Below are positions 38,752-51,719 of a stretch of DNA of 64,000 bases, one piece after another; the first letter of the stretch is position 1; each line of letters starts with the position of its first letter. The translations under genes and the position numbers were made by a program. The stretch lies in the NCBI GenBank assembly GCA_951406725.2, contig OX597828.1, positions 60,512,001 through 60,576,000 of the forward strand, given 5' to 3'. The notes under the pieces are model-generated. The model saw only the letters and a list, made by a program, of their open reading frames with translations. It had not been told where the DNA came from and searched no databases. This DNA is from Octopus vulgaris (Eukaryota).

Positions 38752-39334
38752 GGAGACCTATTGTGTCAAGTTCATCAACATCAAAAAAAAAATCGAATGG
38801 ATATTGTAGTTGTGATACCCGTGCTGGTGGTACGTAGGGCCTCACAGAGGAAATGACAAAGACTGAAACCCCTGAGATATGCTGTGACTGTGAAGACCCG
38901 ACAAATGAAGTGAGTTCATGGCTCGCAGGACGGCCTGCTGTGCTAACCTTGGATCGTAGAGTTAAGGAGACCTATTGAGTCAAGTACGTCAACATCAAAA
39001 TAAAAATCAAATGGAAATTGTAGTCAAGACACCCATGCCGGTGACACGTAAAAAGCACCGTCCGAACGTGGCAGATGCCAGAGCCGCCTGACTGGTGTCC
39101 ATGTCGGTGACACGTAAAAGCACCAACCGATCGTGGCTGTTTGCCAGCCTCCTGGCCCTTGTGCCGGTGGTATGTATAAAACACCCACTACACTCACGGA
39201 GTGGTTGGCGTTAGGAAGGGCATCCAGCTGTAGAAACACTGCCAAATCAGACTACAGCCTCCATGGCTTACCAGACCCCGGTCGAACCGTCCAAACCATG
39301 CTAGAATGGAAAACGGATGTTAAATGATGATGAT
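38752..39334 (+). mobile_element. RTE 3'-end fragment(s)
   Basis: Matches the RTE 3' UTR (gtaaaagcacc repeats, GGCGTTAGGAAGGGCATCCAGC) and ends in (TGA)n. Confidence 0.85.
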
Positions 39335-39642
39335 ATACACACACACACACACACACATATTTGGCATTGGTGTCAAAGCATTAAATAGAACATGTTAGAT
39401 TTTAAGGGAATACTATAGTCCAATGCAATATTAAAACAAGAATCTTAACTAGCACACACAGATGTGCGTGTGCATTGCCTGCTACATGTGTTTGTTTCTT
39501 TCACTGAGTTATGGGCGTGTAAACTCAACAACACAAACTTAAGTAAATTTGAAACTAAGAAAAGCATGTTTTCAAGTTTCTTACTACATTTAGGTACAAA
39601 TTCCTTTTTATTATTACTGTCACAATTTGCAAAATTGTTTAA

Positions 39643-41092
39643 CATTTTCGTTACTAACCCGGCTATAGCCGGCCGAAAAATTTTTTGGTTCATAATACCA
39701 ACCCGGCCGTGAGAACCTATTGTTATTTAAGTGTAAATTTGAACCCAAATCTCGTTGGTACATTCGTTAAAACATGTGATTTCACATTGTAAATAGTTAA
39801 GTTATAGTATCCGACATTGCTTGAAGTGATATCTCAACTCAGTGAATTTTGGGAGATTTTTTTCCACATGTTTTTCGGCATCGATATTTCTTCAACTTTG
39901 AAAATGGATAGGAGTTTCATGTTATCAAGCATTGATTCCGAATTTAAAGCTTTTTCAACGGAAAATAGGGAGATATCGAGAAAAAGAATGAAATAGGTAC
40001 TAAAGCACGTGGTGTACAAAATAATGAATATTTTTTTATCCGAAAATGAAAGCAGCGCCTTCCAAAGAAACAAAGCTGCGAAGGCGACAGCGAAGACAAT
40101 TTTACATCGGAATGAAGTAAAAAAAACTTTGAAAATGTTTTTATTAGCAATTTTTCTGAGGAGATAAAGTTTATCTATAGCCTTTCTTAGGAAGTGAAAC
40201 CATTAGACTTTTATTTTTTTCAGTATGCTAGTTTGAAGCGATCACTTCGGAAACAAACTTACACAGATTGTAAACAAACACAAAATGGGGGTTCAAAGTT
40301 TGGAGAATTTGTGAAGCAAATACTGGGTACTGCGTGGATTTAGTTTTTATACAGGGAAACTAATGTTAGTCAGCATGGCTTAGGGTACGATGTGGTCTGG
40401 AAGTTATTGTTTGAAGCGATCATTGCGGAAACAAACTTACGCAGATTGTAAACAAACGCAAAATCGGGGATCAAATTACGGAAAATTTGTGAAGCAAATA
40501 CTGGGTACTGCGTAGATTTAGTTTTTATACAGAGAAAATAATGTTAGTCAGCATGGCCTAGGGAACGATGTGGTCTGAAATTTATCACTTCCATACCATA
40601 ACCAGGGCCGTATATTATTTTTTGACCGATTTCTTTAGTTCGTTCAAACTTGAGGTGGATTCCAGTATTTCACTTTATTCCACCTTTATGGTACACCTGT
40701 TGTGCATTAAATTCAACTGATGATATAGTGATGTGCACAATTCTTCTTTATCAAAATTTTGTTGCATACCCATTTGAATATTAGCTGATGATTCATTTTC
40801 TATAGTGATGTTTAAACAAAATTTTAATTTTTTACCTTTTGCTCAATTTAAAATTTTAATATTTTTACCTTTTGCTCAATTTACCTGTAATTAAAGTCAC
40901 TTTGAGACAAAAGTTATGCAATAGAATTGATTAAGAACCCTTTCTTTAATTATGTTCCAAATATCACATTAATATGTTGATGAGTAAAAAAGTTAGTTAT
41001 TTAATGAAACAAGCCTAAATTCATGATTATTTTAGAATTTAATTGAAACTCATGAGGGGTGTATTTTGGTCAGAAATATAGTAACGAAAGGG
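39643..41092 (+). mobile_element. Non-autonomous piggyBac deletion derivative
   Basis: TTAA flanks, right TIR GTAACGAAAGGG, transposase remnants (SIDSEFKAFS; WGFKVWRICEANTGYC), and an internal ~180-bp duplication. Confidence 0.88.
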
Positions 41093-41973
41093 TTAACTTC
41101 CAAAAATAGAAATATCTGATTCATAATCATGTGGTTTTTATGTTTGCTATATATTTTCTTAGCTTTTTCTGGCGGCTTCTTTCAAAACTTCAAAACTCAG
41201 CTGTTTACATAGTGAAATCACATGTACTAAGTTTGTGCTGAAATCCTCATTTAAATATGACTAAGGTTATTTTGGCCATTTTAGACTAGGTTGGTAATGA
41301 AGGAATAGTTTGAAAAACACTTTTGAGCAAGAAACTTCTGATCACTGGAAGAAAGAAGCAGATTCAAAATACAGTGCAATTTATAAACATCTAATTTATT
41401 AAATGCTATTTCCATTCATTTGTTTTTTAAATATATACTACTGTACCAAGGACTTTGTAATTCTGTGTGTGTGACTGCAGAGGACATGCATAGGCTTAAA
41501 TCAAATGAAACCAGCATGCTCTGCTGGATATATCATGTTAGTGTGCATGTACAAGAAGGTGTGAATGGTTTTGAGATGAAAATTAGGCACAAGAGGCATT
41601 AGTGCGCAAGACAAGATGGCACTGATATGGTTACATGATGTGTATAGATTAGGACAGCTGCATAAAGTGCTGCTCTCTAATATGCAGGGAACCTATGGAA
41701 GAAGACAAAGTGGTGTGAAAATTATATTTTGAGCCTCACTGAGATGACAAAAGACCAAGTCAATCAACTATTTATTGTGGCTGAGAGTACATTCTCAGCT
41801 AAGTAAAACCCTAGACATTTTATACTTGCTTTCCTTTTGCAATCTTTTGATCTCACCCTCTCCCATCTCTGGGCTGGTGTACGAGCCCCATCCCCTCTCT
41901 GCTCTCACACTTTTCTCATTTTCTGGTAGCCATATTTCTCTTCTACTGCAGCACACCTTTTTCTGTCCCTTAA

Positions 41974-43380
41974 CCCATTCGTTACTATATTTCTGACCAA
42001 AATACACCCCTCATGGGTTTCAGTTAAATTCTAAAATAATCATGAATTAAGACTAGTTTCATTAACCAACTGTAACTTTTTTTTTACTTACCAACATATT
42101 AATGTGATATTTGGAACGTAATTAAAGAAAGGGTTCTTAGTCAATTCTATTGCACAACTTTGGTCCCTAAGTAACACCAATTACAGGTAAATACAAATAA
42201 ACTGAGCAAAATATAGAAATATTTAAATTTTGTTTAAACATCACCATAGAAAATAAGTCATAAGCTAATATTCAATTGGGTATGCAACAAAATTTTTAAT
42301 ATAGAATTGTGCCCATCACTAGGATTATCAGTTGAATTTAATATACATAAGAACAAGTAAAGGTAAAATAAAATGAAATACTGGAATTTGTTTTTGAAGA
42401 AAACTTGAAGATTAAATACATCAACTAAATGAAATATACTCACAGACATACACAAGAACATATATAATAAAGATTTACCATAGAATTTAAATCAAAACTT
42501 GTCACTTACCTTCAGGCAAATTAAAATTATAGGTAAATAAACAGTAAAAATTAAGTAAATTTGAAAAATATTTATACAACCTAATACATACATGCAATAT
42601 TCACACAATATTTCTATCATGGAAACTAGTAAAACATCTATAAGGGATCAAAGTTTGGTTCTCCACGTACTGGGGTATCGGTTCAATTTCACAAATCGTA
42701 TTCTTGACTTTATACTGGAAATATACTGATCTTAAAAAGGTTCCTAATCCTGGGTAACTGTCTTATACCCATAATAATATTTGTGGCAAAAAATAACCTG
42801 TATTTCTTCCACAGTTGTGGGAAACCACAAGCTATCTTTTTTTCCAGTTTGTTTCTGCACTTCAAATAAGCTTTCAGGAAAAAATAAGAGAAAAAGGTCT
42901 AACGGTCTTACTTCCTCAGAAAAATTAATAAAAATATTTTTTAACTTCTTACTCCATTTGGGTATAAAATTATCCTCACTATCACTGCTTTCAGTTTCAG
43001 ATCCAGAAATATCTGATTCATTCTCATACACCACGTGCTTTTGTACTTCACTGATTCTTTTTCTTGATTTCTCCATATCTTCCGTTGAAAAACTCTCAAA
43101 TTCAGAATCACTGCTTGATAGCATGAAAGTCATATCCATTTTCAAAGTTGAAAAAAAAAAATGAGGAGAAAAGTTTCCCAAAATTCATGTCAGACAGTGT
43201 TGGATACTATAACAACTATTTACAAAGTGAAATCACATGTTTTCATGAATGTACTAATTGAGATTTGTGTTCAAATTCACATTTTAATAACAATGAGTAC
43301 TCTTGGCTGGCTACAGCTGGGTTGGTTGTTTGAATCAAAAACCCTTTCAACCGGCTGCGGCCAGGTTGGTATCGAAAGGG
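41974..43380 (-). mobile_element. Non-autonomous piggyBac deletion derivative
   Basis: TTAA at 41970-41973 and 43381-43384, TIR CCCATTCGTTAC / GTATCGAAAGGG. ORF 42744..43181 (SSSDSEFESFS...WFPTTVEEI) is a transposase N-terminus. Confidence 0.9.
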
Positions 43381-44033
43381 TTAATACTACTGCTTCTCAG
43401 TTGAGGTGTCTTGTGCTGTAGGTTACTTTGTGACCTCAATGCTGTTAGGACCCCATAAAAGGCACCAAGTAAAATGATTGTAATTAGGTAGTAGATCCAA
43501 CTGTAGACATCCTGCCAAAACAAACTGCAGAGCTTGGTGCTGTCAGGCTGTCCAACCCATGCCAGCATGGAGAATGGACATTAAAGGATGTGTGTGTGTG
43601 TGTATATGTATTTTTGTTTGTCCTCATTACTGCTTGACAACCACTGTTGGTTTGTTTACATCCCTGTAAAAGAGAGCAGGATGAAGAATAAGTCCCAGAC
43701 TTGAAGAAAAAAAAAGTACTGGAGTCAATTTGTTTGACTAATTATCCCTTCAAGACCCCAGTCATAATTTTTCATAGTTGTAACATTTTGATTGTTTCAA
43801 ACCTTTTGTCTGTGATGATTCCTCTCTTTATGGTTGAAGAATGATGATAATCATAAGATTGGTCTTTCTGAGACAATTGAGATAACTGATACAGTTGCTG
43901 ATGTTAGTTGTTCTGATAAAATGCATGATGGTAGCTGCTCTTGTGAGTACATCTTTCTTTGTATTACCATTTGTTGATTTTTACATATTTAGTTTCCATG
44001 GAAATTTCTTGGTTTGACCAATCAAAAAAAGAA
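43378..44033 (+). repeat. Copy 1 of a ~656-bp direct duplication
   Basis: Nearly identical to 46614-47270. Confidence 0.95.
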
Positions 44034-44128
44034 TGTTTTGCAATTCTTCACCACCCCACCATGGTGTTTTTGAAAACTATGATAGGGGGATGGGACTTCG
44101 TAGATATCTTAGTTTTCATTTACTTTAT

Positions 44129-44959
44129 TGTTATGACCTGCCGTCGCTCAACTCAGCTCAGGACCCTAAGTTGAGCGACGACGACTACGCTCAGTCAAAT
44201 CGGAAATCCACTGCAGAAAGCGGTGGGGTTGGCACCGAACGCAAACCAGTAACCGGAGACAACAACAACAACAACAGGAAGAGAGAGACAGCGGAAGGCA
44301 GTTGCTTACATTTAACAATTTTTACAACATCAATTAAAACGTAATACATTTAAAAACATTTAACAGATCGTACGCAGAGTAAAAAAAAACAATCTATGCA
44401 TTTAAACTGAGTACAACATCCGAAAACAAATAGTCTCTTTCTTTCCCTGGTCTCTTCTTTTTTCTGACACAATGTTCTTTTCCTTTTAGAAACACATCTT
44501 ACAGATCTTTTTACAGAGTCTCTTTTCTTTTTCCAAACATCAGAATTCAAAAACATAAATAAACATTACCGCAGGTTTCTCGTCCGCAACAACACATCAC
44601 AAAACCCTACTATCAGTAGTCCAAATCCTTCGCTGTCATCCTCTTCTCTACCTCTTGCTTGTCATCTCTCACATTCACTGTCTGTCTTTCTCAACGTTGT
44701 CATTACCTCTCGCCATCACCACCTTCATGGCTGACCGTCCGTATCGACTGCTGTCTGATCCCTCTAACACCAGTTCGTCGCATTTTAATTTTTTTGTAAC
44801 CTTTCCCTGACCGTGTAGGGATCAAAATGCCACTTCCTAACTCATTAATTTCCCTTACCGTTGACAAGACAAAGAACCATTATTTTTTTTTCCTGCCAGT
44901 TCGACTCCAACCAACGGAACTAGGTCATAGCGTTTTCCCATTTATTCACCTCCGTAACA
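44129..44959. mobile_element. Solo LTR (Gypsy-type)
   Basis: TGTTATG...CGTAACA termini and a 4-bp TSD TTAT (44125-44128, 44960-44963). Confidence 0.88.
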
Positions 44960-45269
44960 TTATGAAAGGGCTTATAAGAGCAGGAGTTTAGGTCTAGGTA
45001 TGCAATACTTCCTCATATGATTTTTCTTTTAACTCCCCCTTCCCCCCTTTCACCAGTTTAGCATATGCAGGTGATAATTCTGTCTCTTTAGCTATGCCTT
45101 TTCTTTGTTGATATGCTTTACTATCAAAGTTAGAAGTGTTCTTAGAGTACCAGGAATGTGGCCTTGGTTATGAAATCCATTATGAAATGTTCACTTATCT
45201 TTTTGTTTTTCTACTTGGTGTTTGGTTGTTTCTGGGCCCAAAGTGTGAAGTTTATTAGCATAAAGCTCC

Positions 45270-45622
45270 ATCAAGAAGTGCCAACCTCTCAAAGTAGAAG
45301 TGGGAGACCCAGGAAGAGATGGGATGAAGTACGGATGACTTCAGGACACTGAACCTTTCAGGCAAGATGACAAAAGACTGAGATGCCTGGCACATGCTCC
45401 ACAGCAGAAGTTCTAAGGCTGTTCCTCTTTGTTAAGAGGATTGATCTGCAAGTCTTGTGCTAGTGCCATGTAAAAAAACATGCATGCCAGTGCCACTAAA
45501 TGGTACCTGGCACACTGGTAAGTGGTTGGATTTAGGAAGGGCATCCAGCTATAGAAACGGAGCTGAATCGGACTGTAGCTCGATGCAGCTTGCCAGTATG
45601 GACAACAGATGTTAGATGATGA
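45270..45622 (+). mobile_element. Old RTE 3' fragment
   Basis: SGRPRKRWDEV plus UTR motif ttaggaagggcatccagc and a gatgatgat tail. Confidence 0.7.
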
Positions 45623-46326
45623 TACCAACATTGAAACTTGTTGGGATGCTCCTTTCTGGGACAGTGAGTAGGATGTATTTGGAAACATCCATGTCTTGTA
45701 TTGATGGGCATAAAGAAGACTTAGTTGTTGTGTTGAGGATTTTTTCTTTCTTTAATCAAGCCTCCAAAGATTTACTGAAAACACATTCAAAATAACAAAC
45801 CTTTGCTCTCCAGTTAACTTCCAGATTTTTTTGTAAACTAACTCATATCTGGTATGAATTTCCTGTAAATATATCTTTCATGATGAATCTCTCAAAATGA
45901 TGAATGCACTAAATAATTATGCAGTATCCTGAGTGCTTCCTTTTTCCTAATATATAAAATCTATACACCACTTTAACCAGTATACATAGATTACCTCATT
46001 TTCATTTTTTAAATAACTGTAAGATGTGTGACAAATTTTGAGTAATTTGGATAGTGAAACATATGCTAAATCATTTTATATTTAGTTGTAATCAGATTCA
46101 TTTGAAACAACTGTTATGAAATAAGTTTAGTGAGTGTTCTAAAAATCACTTGTTGATTGATAAAGTTGTTTTATGAAACCAGTCTAAATTCATGATTATT
46201 TTAGAATTTAATTGAAACACGTAAGAAGTGTATTTGAGATGACGTTGCGATTTAAATTCCTTTTGGACTTGTGCAATATGATAGATTTGCAAGCTTATTT
46301 TATAGTTATAATGTTTATTTCTACAG

Positions 46327-46390
46327 GGCTGCTAAAGAAAAACAAAGAGCTAAGGAAGCGCTGAAGAGGAGTGTCAAAACCCCTGCAAAG
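46327..46390 (+). CDS. RPL24: RPL24 coding exon 4
   Basis: ttctacag|G GCT GCT AAA.. AAKEKQRAKEALKRSVKTPAK|gttggt, 64 nt, phase compatible with exon 3. Confidence 0.93.
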
Positions 46391-46613
46391 GTTGGTAACC
46401 TTTTTGATTTTATAGAAATGTTCTGCTTATTTGTTTTTTTATATTTTTACATGTGTACGAAAATGCATGTTGCTTGGTACACTTGCTACTTTTGGGGCAC
46501 CTACAAAACTTTCTTTACATCTGACTGGTTATGTCTCAGTATCTCCTGATGTCTGTTTTTATCAATTCTTAAAAAAATAAGATGGAGTTTATCAAGATTA
46601 TATAATCTAAACT

Positions 46614-47270
46614 GGGTTAATACTACTGCTTCTCAGTTGAGGTGTCTTGTGCTGTAGGTTACTTTGTGACCTCAATGCTGTTAGGACCCCATAAAAGGCA
46701 CCAAGTAAAATGATTGTAATTAGGTAGTAGATCCAGCTGTAGACATCCTGCCAAAACAAACTGCAGAGCTTGGTGCTGTCAGGCTGTCCAACCCATGCCA
46801 GCATGGAGAATGGACATTAAAGGATGTGTGTGTGTGTATATGTATTTTTGTTTGTCCTCATTACTGCTTGACAACCACTGTTGGTTTGTTTACATCCCTG
46901 TAAAAGAGAGCAGGATGAAGAATAAGTCCCAGACTTGAAGAAAAAAAAAGTACTGGAGTCAATTTGTTTGACTAATTATCCCTTCAAGACCCCAGTCATA
47001 ATTTTTCATAGTTGTAACATTTTGATTGTTTCAAACCTTTTGTCTGTGATGATTCCTCTCTTTATGGTTGAAGAATGATGATAATCATAAGATTGGTCTT
47101 TCTGAGACAATTGAGATAACTGATACAGTTGCTGATGATGTTAGTTGTTCTGATAAAATGCATGATGGTAGCTGCTCTTGTGAGTACATCTTTCTTTGTA
47201 TTACCATTTGTTGATTTTTACATATTTAGTTTCCATGGAAATTTCTTGGTTTGACCAATCAAAAAAAGAA
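46614..47270 (+). repeat. Copy 2 of the ~656-bp direct duplication (RPL24 intron 4)
   Basis: Nearly identical to 43378-44033. Confidence 0.95.
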
Positions 47271-47496
47271 AAGATAGGAAGTTTTCAGTTTTTATCCATT
47301 TTTTACAAGCAAGAAGTAATATCTTCTCTCAGACACCCTTCTCCCCATCAAACTGAATCTGTTTTACTATTTAGCCTGGAGATGTTTGTTCTGTAAGTTC
47401 AATCACTAATATTAATGTGTGCTTGTTAGATATTTGTTGAATTGTTATTGTAGGGTTACTTTATAAATAAATATTCATTAATGTCTTTATTTACAG

Positions 47497-47580
47497 CCTG
47501 CTTCAAAGACATTGAATCCAAAAACAAAAGCAGCTAAGTCAATTCCTGTTAAAGCTCCGAGAGTTGGAGGCAAACGTTAA
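47497..47580 (+). CDS. RPL24: RPL24 last coding exon
   Basis: ttacag|PASKTLNPKTKAAKSIPVKAPRVGGKR*, ending in the conserved eL24 C-terminus PRVGGKR. Total CDS 477 nt (158 aa). Confidence 0.96.
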   Translation, partial: PASKTLNPKTKAAKSIPVKAPRVGGKR

Positions 47581-47598
47581 AGAATCTGGTTATGTATG

Positions 47599-47604
47599 AA
47601 TAAA
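47599..47604 (+). terminator. RPL24 polyadenylation signal
   Basis: AATAAA 18 nt after the stop codon, followed by T/GT-rich sequence. Confidence 0.8.
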
Positions 47605-47907
47605 ATGATTTCAATCTTATAAATTGTTCTGCAAGTTCTTTTCATTCTAATTGTGATTTAAACCAGGGGTTCTCAGTTGGAGTCCTCAGATGCAATGTAG
47701 TAAATTGGAGGTCCACAGTAATTTTTCAGGGGACATGAAAAAAATGTGCTTTAGACCAATAGTTTCCAATGTGGACTCTCTGTGTCATGATGCACTCAGA
47801 GTAAGAAACGTGTTTTAAAAATGTTGCTAGAAGTCTTGTCTTTACTAATTTACTACTTTAACTTTCAAAACAAAAATAAAGGAAAATTGTGTGTGTATAT
47901 ATGTATG

Positions 47908-47963
<56 letters not shown>

Positions 47964-48273
47964 CAAATCAAAAATACAGTCAAAAGGATGTACAGAGTGT
48001 ATGTGTTAGTTTGAGGATCAAAGAATGATACACACACACACATATTTGGCATAATGAACCCACTGGTCTACTGGTCAGTTCTTTAAGCAAAAGTCCCCCA
48101 GATATATCAACTAGCAACTGTAGTTTGCCAAGGACTTAATTACACACATACACTCACACACTTGGTATTGGTATCAAAGAACATAGTTCACTGCTTCCCA
48201 GAGCAATTATTTGTCTTTCAGACTGTGCAGACAGGTGTGTGTGTGTGTGTATATGTATATATTTATATGTATA

Positions 48274-48307
<34 letters not shown>

Positions 48308-48323
48308 GGCTATATGAAAACAT

Positions 48324-48363
<40 letters not shown>

Positions 48364-48849
48364 CATACACACACATATATTATATATACATATACATGCA
48401 TATATGGGTACAGGACGTGACCAATGGTGCAAATAACTTGAAATATGTAAGCAATGAGAAAAGAATGGAAAACAGGACAAGTAAACGCAAAGGTCTCTTC
48501 ATCAGTTGTCGGCTGTCTACTCATTCCAAGCATATATGATGGTTGCCAACTTGATTTCGAGTAGAGCCATTGCTTGATTTCTTTATGCCTTAGAATATCG
48601 TCGATGAGCTGCACAAATATGGCTTTTGAGGCCTCTCAATGACTTGCATGCTTTTTGGCAATTAGTGCAAGAAAACTTCGTGATTGTACAGTTTACAGGT
48701 CCAATTATATTTACTTACTATACCTTTACAAGCCACTTTTTGATATGCATGCTTTATGGCAGAGTATGCATTCGAAATCATCTGTCCACCTACAATCAAT
48801 GTGCGGTGTGTGATTTCATATGGCTCTCTAAGCCAGTCATATTCATTAA

Positions 48850-49650
48850 GCCTTTTGTTACTATATTTCTGACCAAAATACACCCCTCATGAGTTTCAAT
48901 TGAATTCTAAAGTAATCATGAATTTAGACTAGCTTCATTAAACAACTGTAACTTTTTTACTTGACATATTAATGTGATATTTGGAACATAATTAAAGAAA
49001 GGGTTCTTAATCAATTCTATTGCATAACTTTTGTCTCAAAGTGCCTCTAATTACAGGTAAATCCAGGTAAACTGAGCAAAAGGTAAAAATATTAAAATTT
49101 TGTTTAAACATCACCATAGAAAATGAATCATCAGCTAATATTCAAATGGGTATGCAACAAAATTTTGATATAGAAGAATTGTGCACATCACTGGATCATC
49201 AGTTGAATTTAATGCACAACAGAACAGGTGTACCATAAAGGTGGAATAAACTGGAATCCACAGCAAATTTGACTGAACTAAAGAAATTGGTCAAAAAATA
49301 ATATATGGCCCTGGTTATGGTATGGAAGTGATAAATTCCAGACCACATTGTACCCTAGGCCATGGTGACTAACATTTTCCCTGTATAAAAACTAAATCCA
49401 CAGTAGTACCCAGTATTTGCTTCACAAATTTTCCAAACTTTGATCCTCCATTTTGTGTTTGTTTACATTCTGCATAAGTTTGTTTCCGCAGTGATCGCTT
49501 CAAACAAGCATACTGAAAAAAATAAAAGTCTAATGGTTTTGCTTCCCATGAAAGACGATAGATAAACTCTATCTCCTCAAAAATTGCTGGGTTGGTCTTA
49601 TGAAACAAAACATATTTTGGCCAGCTACAGCCGGATTAGTATTGAAAGGG
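48850..49650 (-). mobile_element. Non-autonomous piggyBac deletion derivative
   Basis: TTAA at 48846-48849 and 49651-49654. Reverse-complement match to 39643-41092. Confidence 0.9.
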
Positions 49651-50053
49651 TTAATGCTTGTTAGAGCATCATTCCTGTCACTTTTTCTCATCTTTCTTTT
49701 CTTCTCTTCAACTTCATTTTTTGCCTTCATACACAGCTTTTTTCCATTTTTCTTGGCAATGTTCTAAATCTTTCCGTTAGTCAATTGGAACATCTTATTC
49801 AATCCCAACTTCAGACAATCTTTGTAATTCATTTTTGGTTTGTGGGACAGGCAATTTTTTGATGCATATTATATTACATTATATACATATGTATATATAC
49901 ATATATATGTTTTCTTTCCTCAGTCAAGTTCCAGATTATCTTTGCAACTTTGGAGGAAAGAAAACTCCGAATGATCTGTCCTTGTTTTCTGCGTATTGTC
50001 TGTCTGGATGTTTTGCATTCTTGTCCCATTTTTATATATATATATATATATAA

Positions 50054-50087
<34 letters not shown>

Positions 50088-50120
50088 ATCAAAATAAGCA
50101 ACAAGGATATCCAAAGGTCG

Positions 50121-50209
50121 TGTAGTACAATCGTTTCATGCTACTTCATTTAATTAAGCAATGTAAGTATTACATCAGTTTTAAAAATGCAGAGCACTCT
50201 TCGGCCACA
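50121..50209 (-). ncRNA. Penelope-type hammerhead ribozyme with long stem-II insert (degenerate)
   Basis: TGTGG-CCGAAGA-GTGCT..~50 nt..AGCAT-GAAA-CGATTG-TA-CTACA. Confidence 0.55.
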
Positions 50210-50716
50210 TATGGAACTTTTTAAAATTAAATTGACATTGTTCATATTTATACTTATTCCATTTGCCAACATTGCAAAGAGGGTATGTATACAGACACGT
50301 GAATTTCATCAGTAAGAACATGGTAGTAGATCTTTCTTCACGGGCAGATTTTTTATCACTGAGTTCACTATGTTATTTCGATTTACCAATGGGGAGGGGT
50401 TTTTTTTAGAGTTCAGTGGAGACAAGAATTTTTCTATTTATAGATAGAGGAAGGGGCAGTTTAAATGGCAGAGCCATAAATCCAACCCTTTTATGAGGAA
50501 TTTAACTTTGGTACATTTGCTAAAGCTAGTAGGCTGAAGCTAGTGGGGTAGGGAGAATAGAGACTTCAAATGCCCTTAACCTATTGAACACTCATAATCC
50601 TGCTTGTGATTTTAAATAAATATCCTTTAGATAGTTATTTCCAAAGGATTCTAATAAATTTTAGTATCTTATATATGGATGGGGAGTATAGAAATCATTT
50701 CACATTTATAAAAATA

Positions 50717-51108
50717 CTAGCAGTATCACCCGGCGTTGCTCGGGTTTGTAAGGGAAATAACTATATAAGCATTTTTAGAGATGTAAAGTATAATAGCCAT
50801 CTCAATATGGCTAACCACATAGGGGTGGGTGTTACTGTAGCTTTTTATATTCTGAGATTTAATAAATTTTTAGAGTTACTTCCCTTATGCCAAAAATGCA
50901 TTAAAAATGGGAAAAAATTATGGTAATTTTTTTTTTAAATCGTAGACTCATCGTAGACGCGCGCTAATACTCAGAAGGGCTCGATATAAATCACGACTAT
51001 AAGATACCCGGTTTTGATTAAACTGCACCGCAAAATGTGGGAGTAGTTAGGAATCTAAATCGTAGGAGACAGACAGCACACAACCTTACTTTTATATATA
51101 AAAATAGA
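50717..51108 (-). mobile_element. Non-autonomous Helitron
   Basis: CTAG at 50717-50720, hairpin cccggcgttgctcggg like the large Helitron, and a TC/TA-rich 5' end. Confidence 0.85.
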
Positions 51109-51544
51109 TTATTATTAATATAGATTTTATAGTTAGTTAGTAAATAGGAATTTATTTGTATTAATGAGTTAGATTAAAGGAATATGCTAAACATATTTAT
51201 TTCCTGTAAAAAAAAAAAAGAAACTTATCATTTAGCAGAAATATCAAGAGCGTATAAAATATTTTAAATTGTAATGGAAGGGAGGTAATCAAGATGAACT
51301 TAATAAATTTCCCTAGATATATGGAATTTATGCAATCAAGAGTATCCTGCATTCAGTGTGCCACCCGTACTTTTAAGTATTTTAAATAACATTCTGACTA
51401 TTCCTAAATTTTCAAATCTTACTGTTTTGTAACCAAATAAGGAAATAATATACCATACTAGCATTTATTTAACCTACATGAATTATTAAGAAACTTTATA
51501 ATATAAAGTGAAATAAAATCTTTTAAAACTTTCCTATATAGGAT

Positions 51545-51719
51545 TGTCAAGCGATGTTGGGAGGACAAACACACACACACACACAGATATACATATATAT
51601 GACGGGCTTCTTTCAGTTTCTGTCTACCAAATTCACTCACAAGGCTTTGGTCGGCCCGAGGCTATAGTAGAAGACAATTGCCCATGGTGCCACGCAGTGG
51701 GACTGAACCCAGAACCATG
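51545..51719 (-). mobile_element. SINE family A body (B box onward); its head lies at 54949-54986
   Basis: Reverse complement of the 32619 copy from CATGGTTC onward. Confidence 0.9.

Noticed and set aside
45880-45932. C/D snoRNA-like ATGATGA..ATGATGA..CTGA with an 11-nt match to the U1 Sm region
   Set aside because: Too short, no D' box spacing and no terminal stem. Likely chance in AT-rich DNA.
48490-48535. CTGATGA motif (- strand; related sequence near 28630) as a hammerhead
   Set aside because: I could not build stems I and III around the core.
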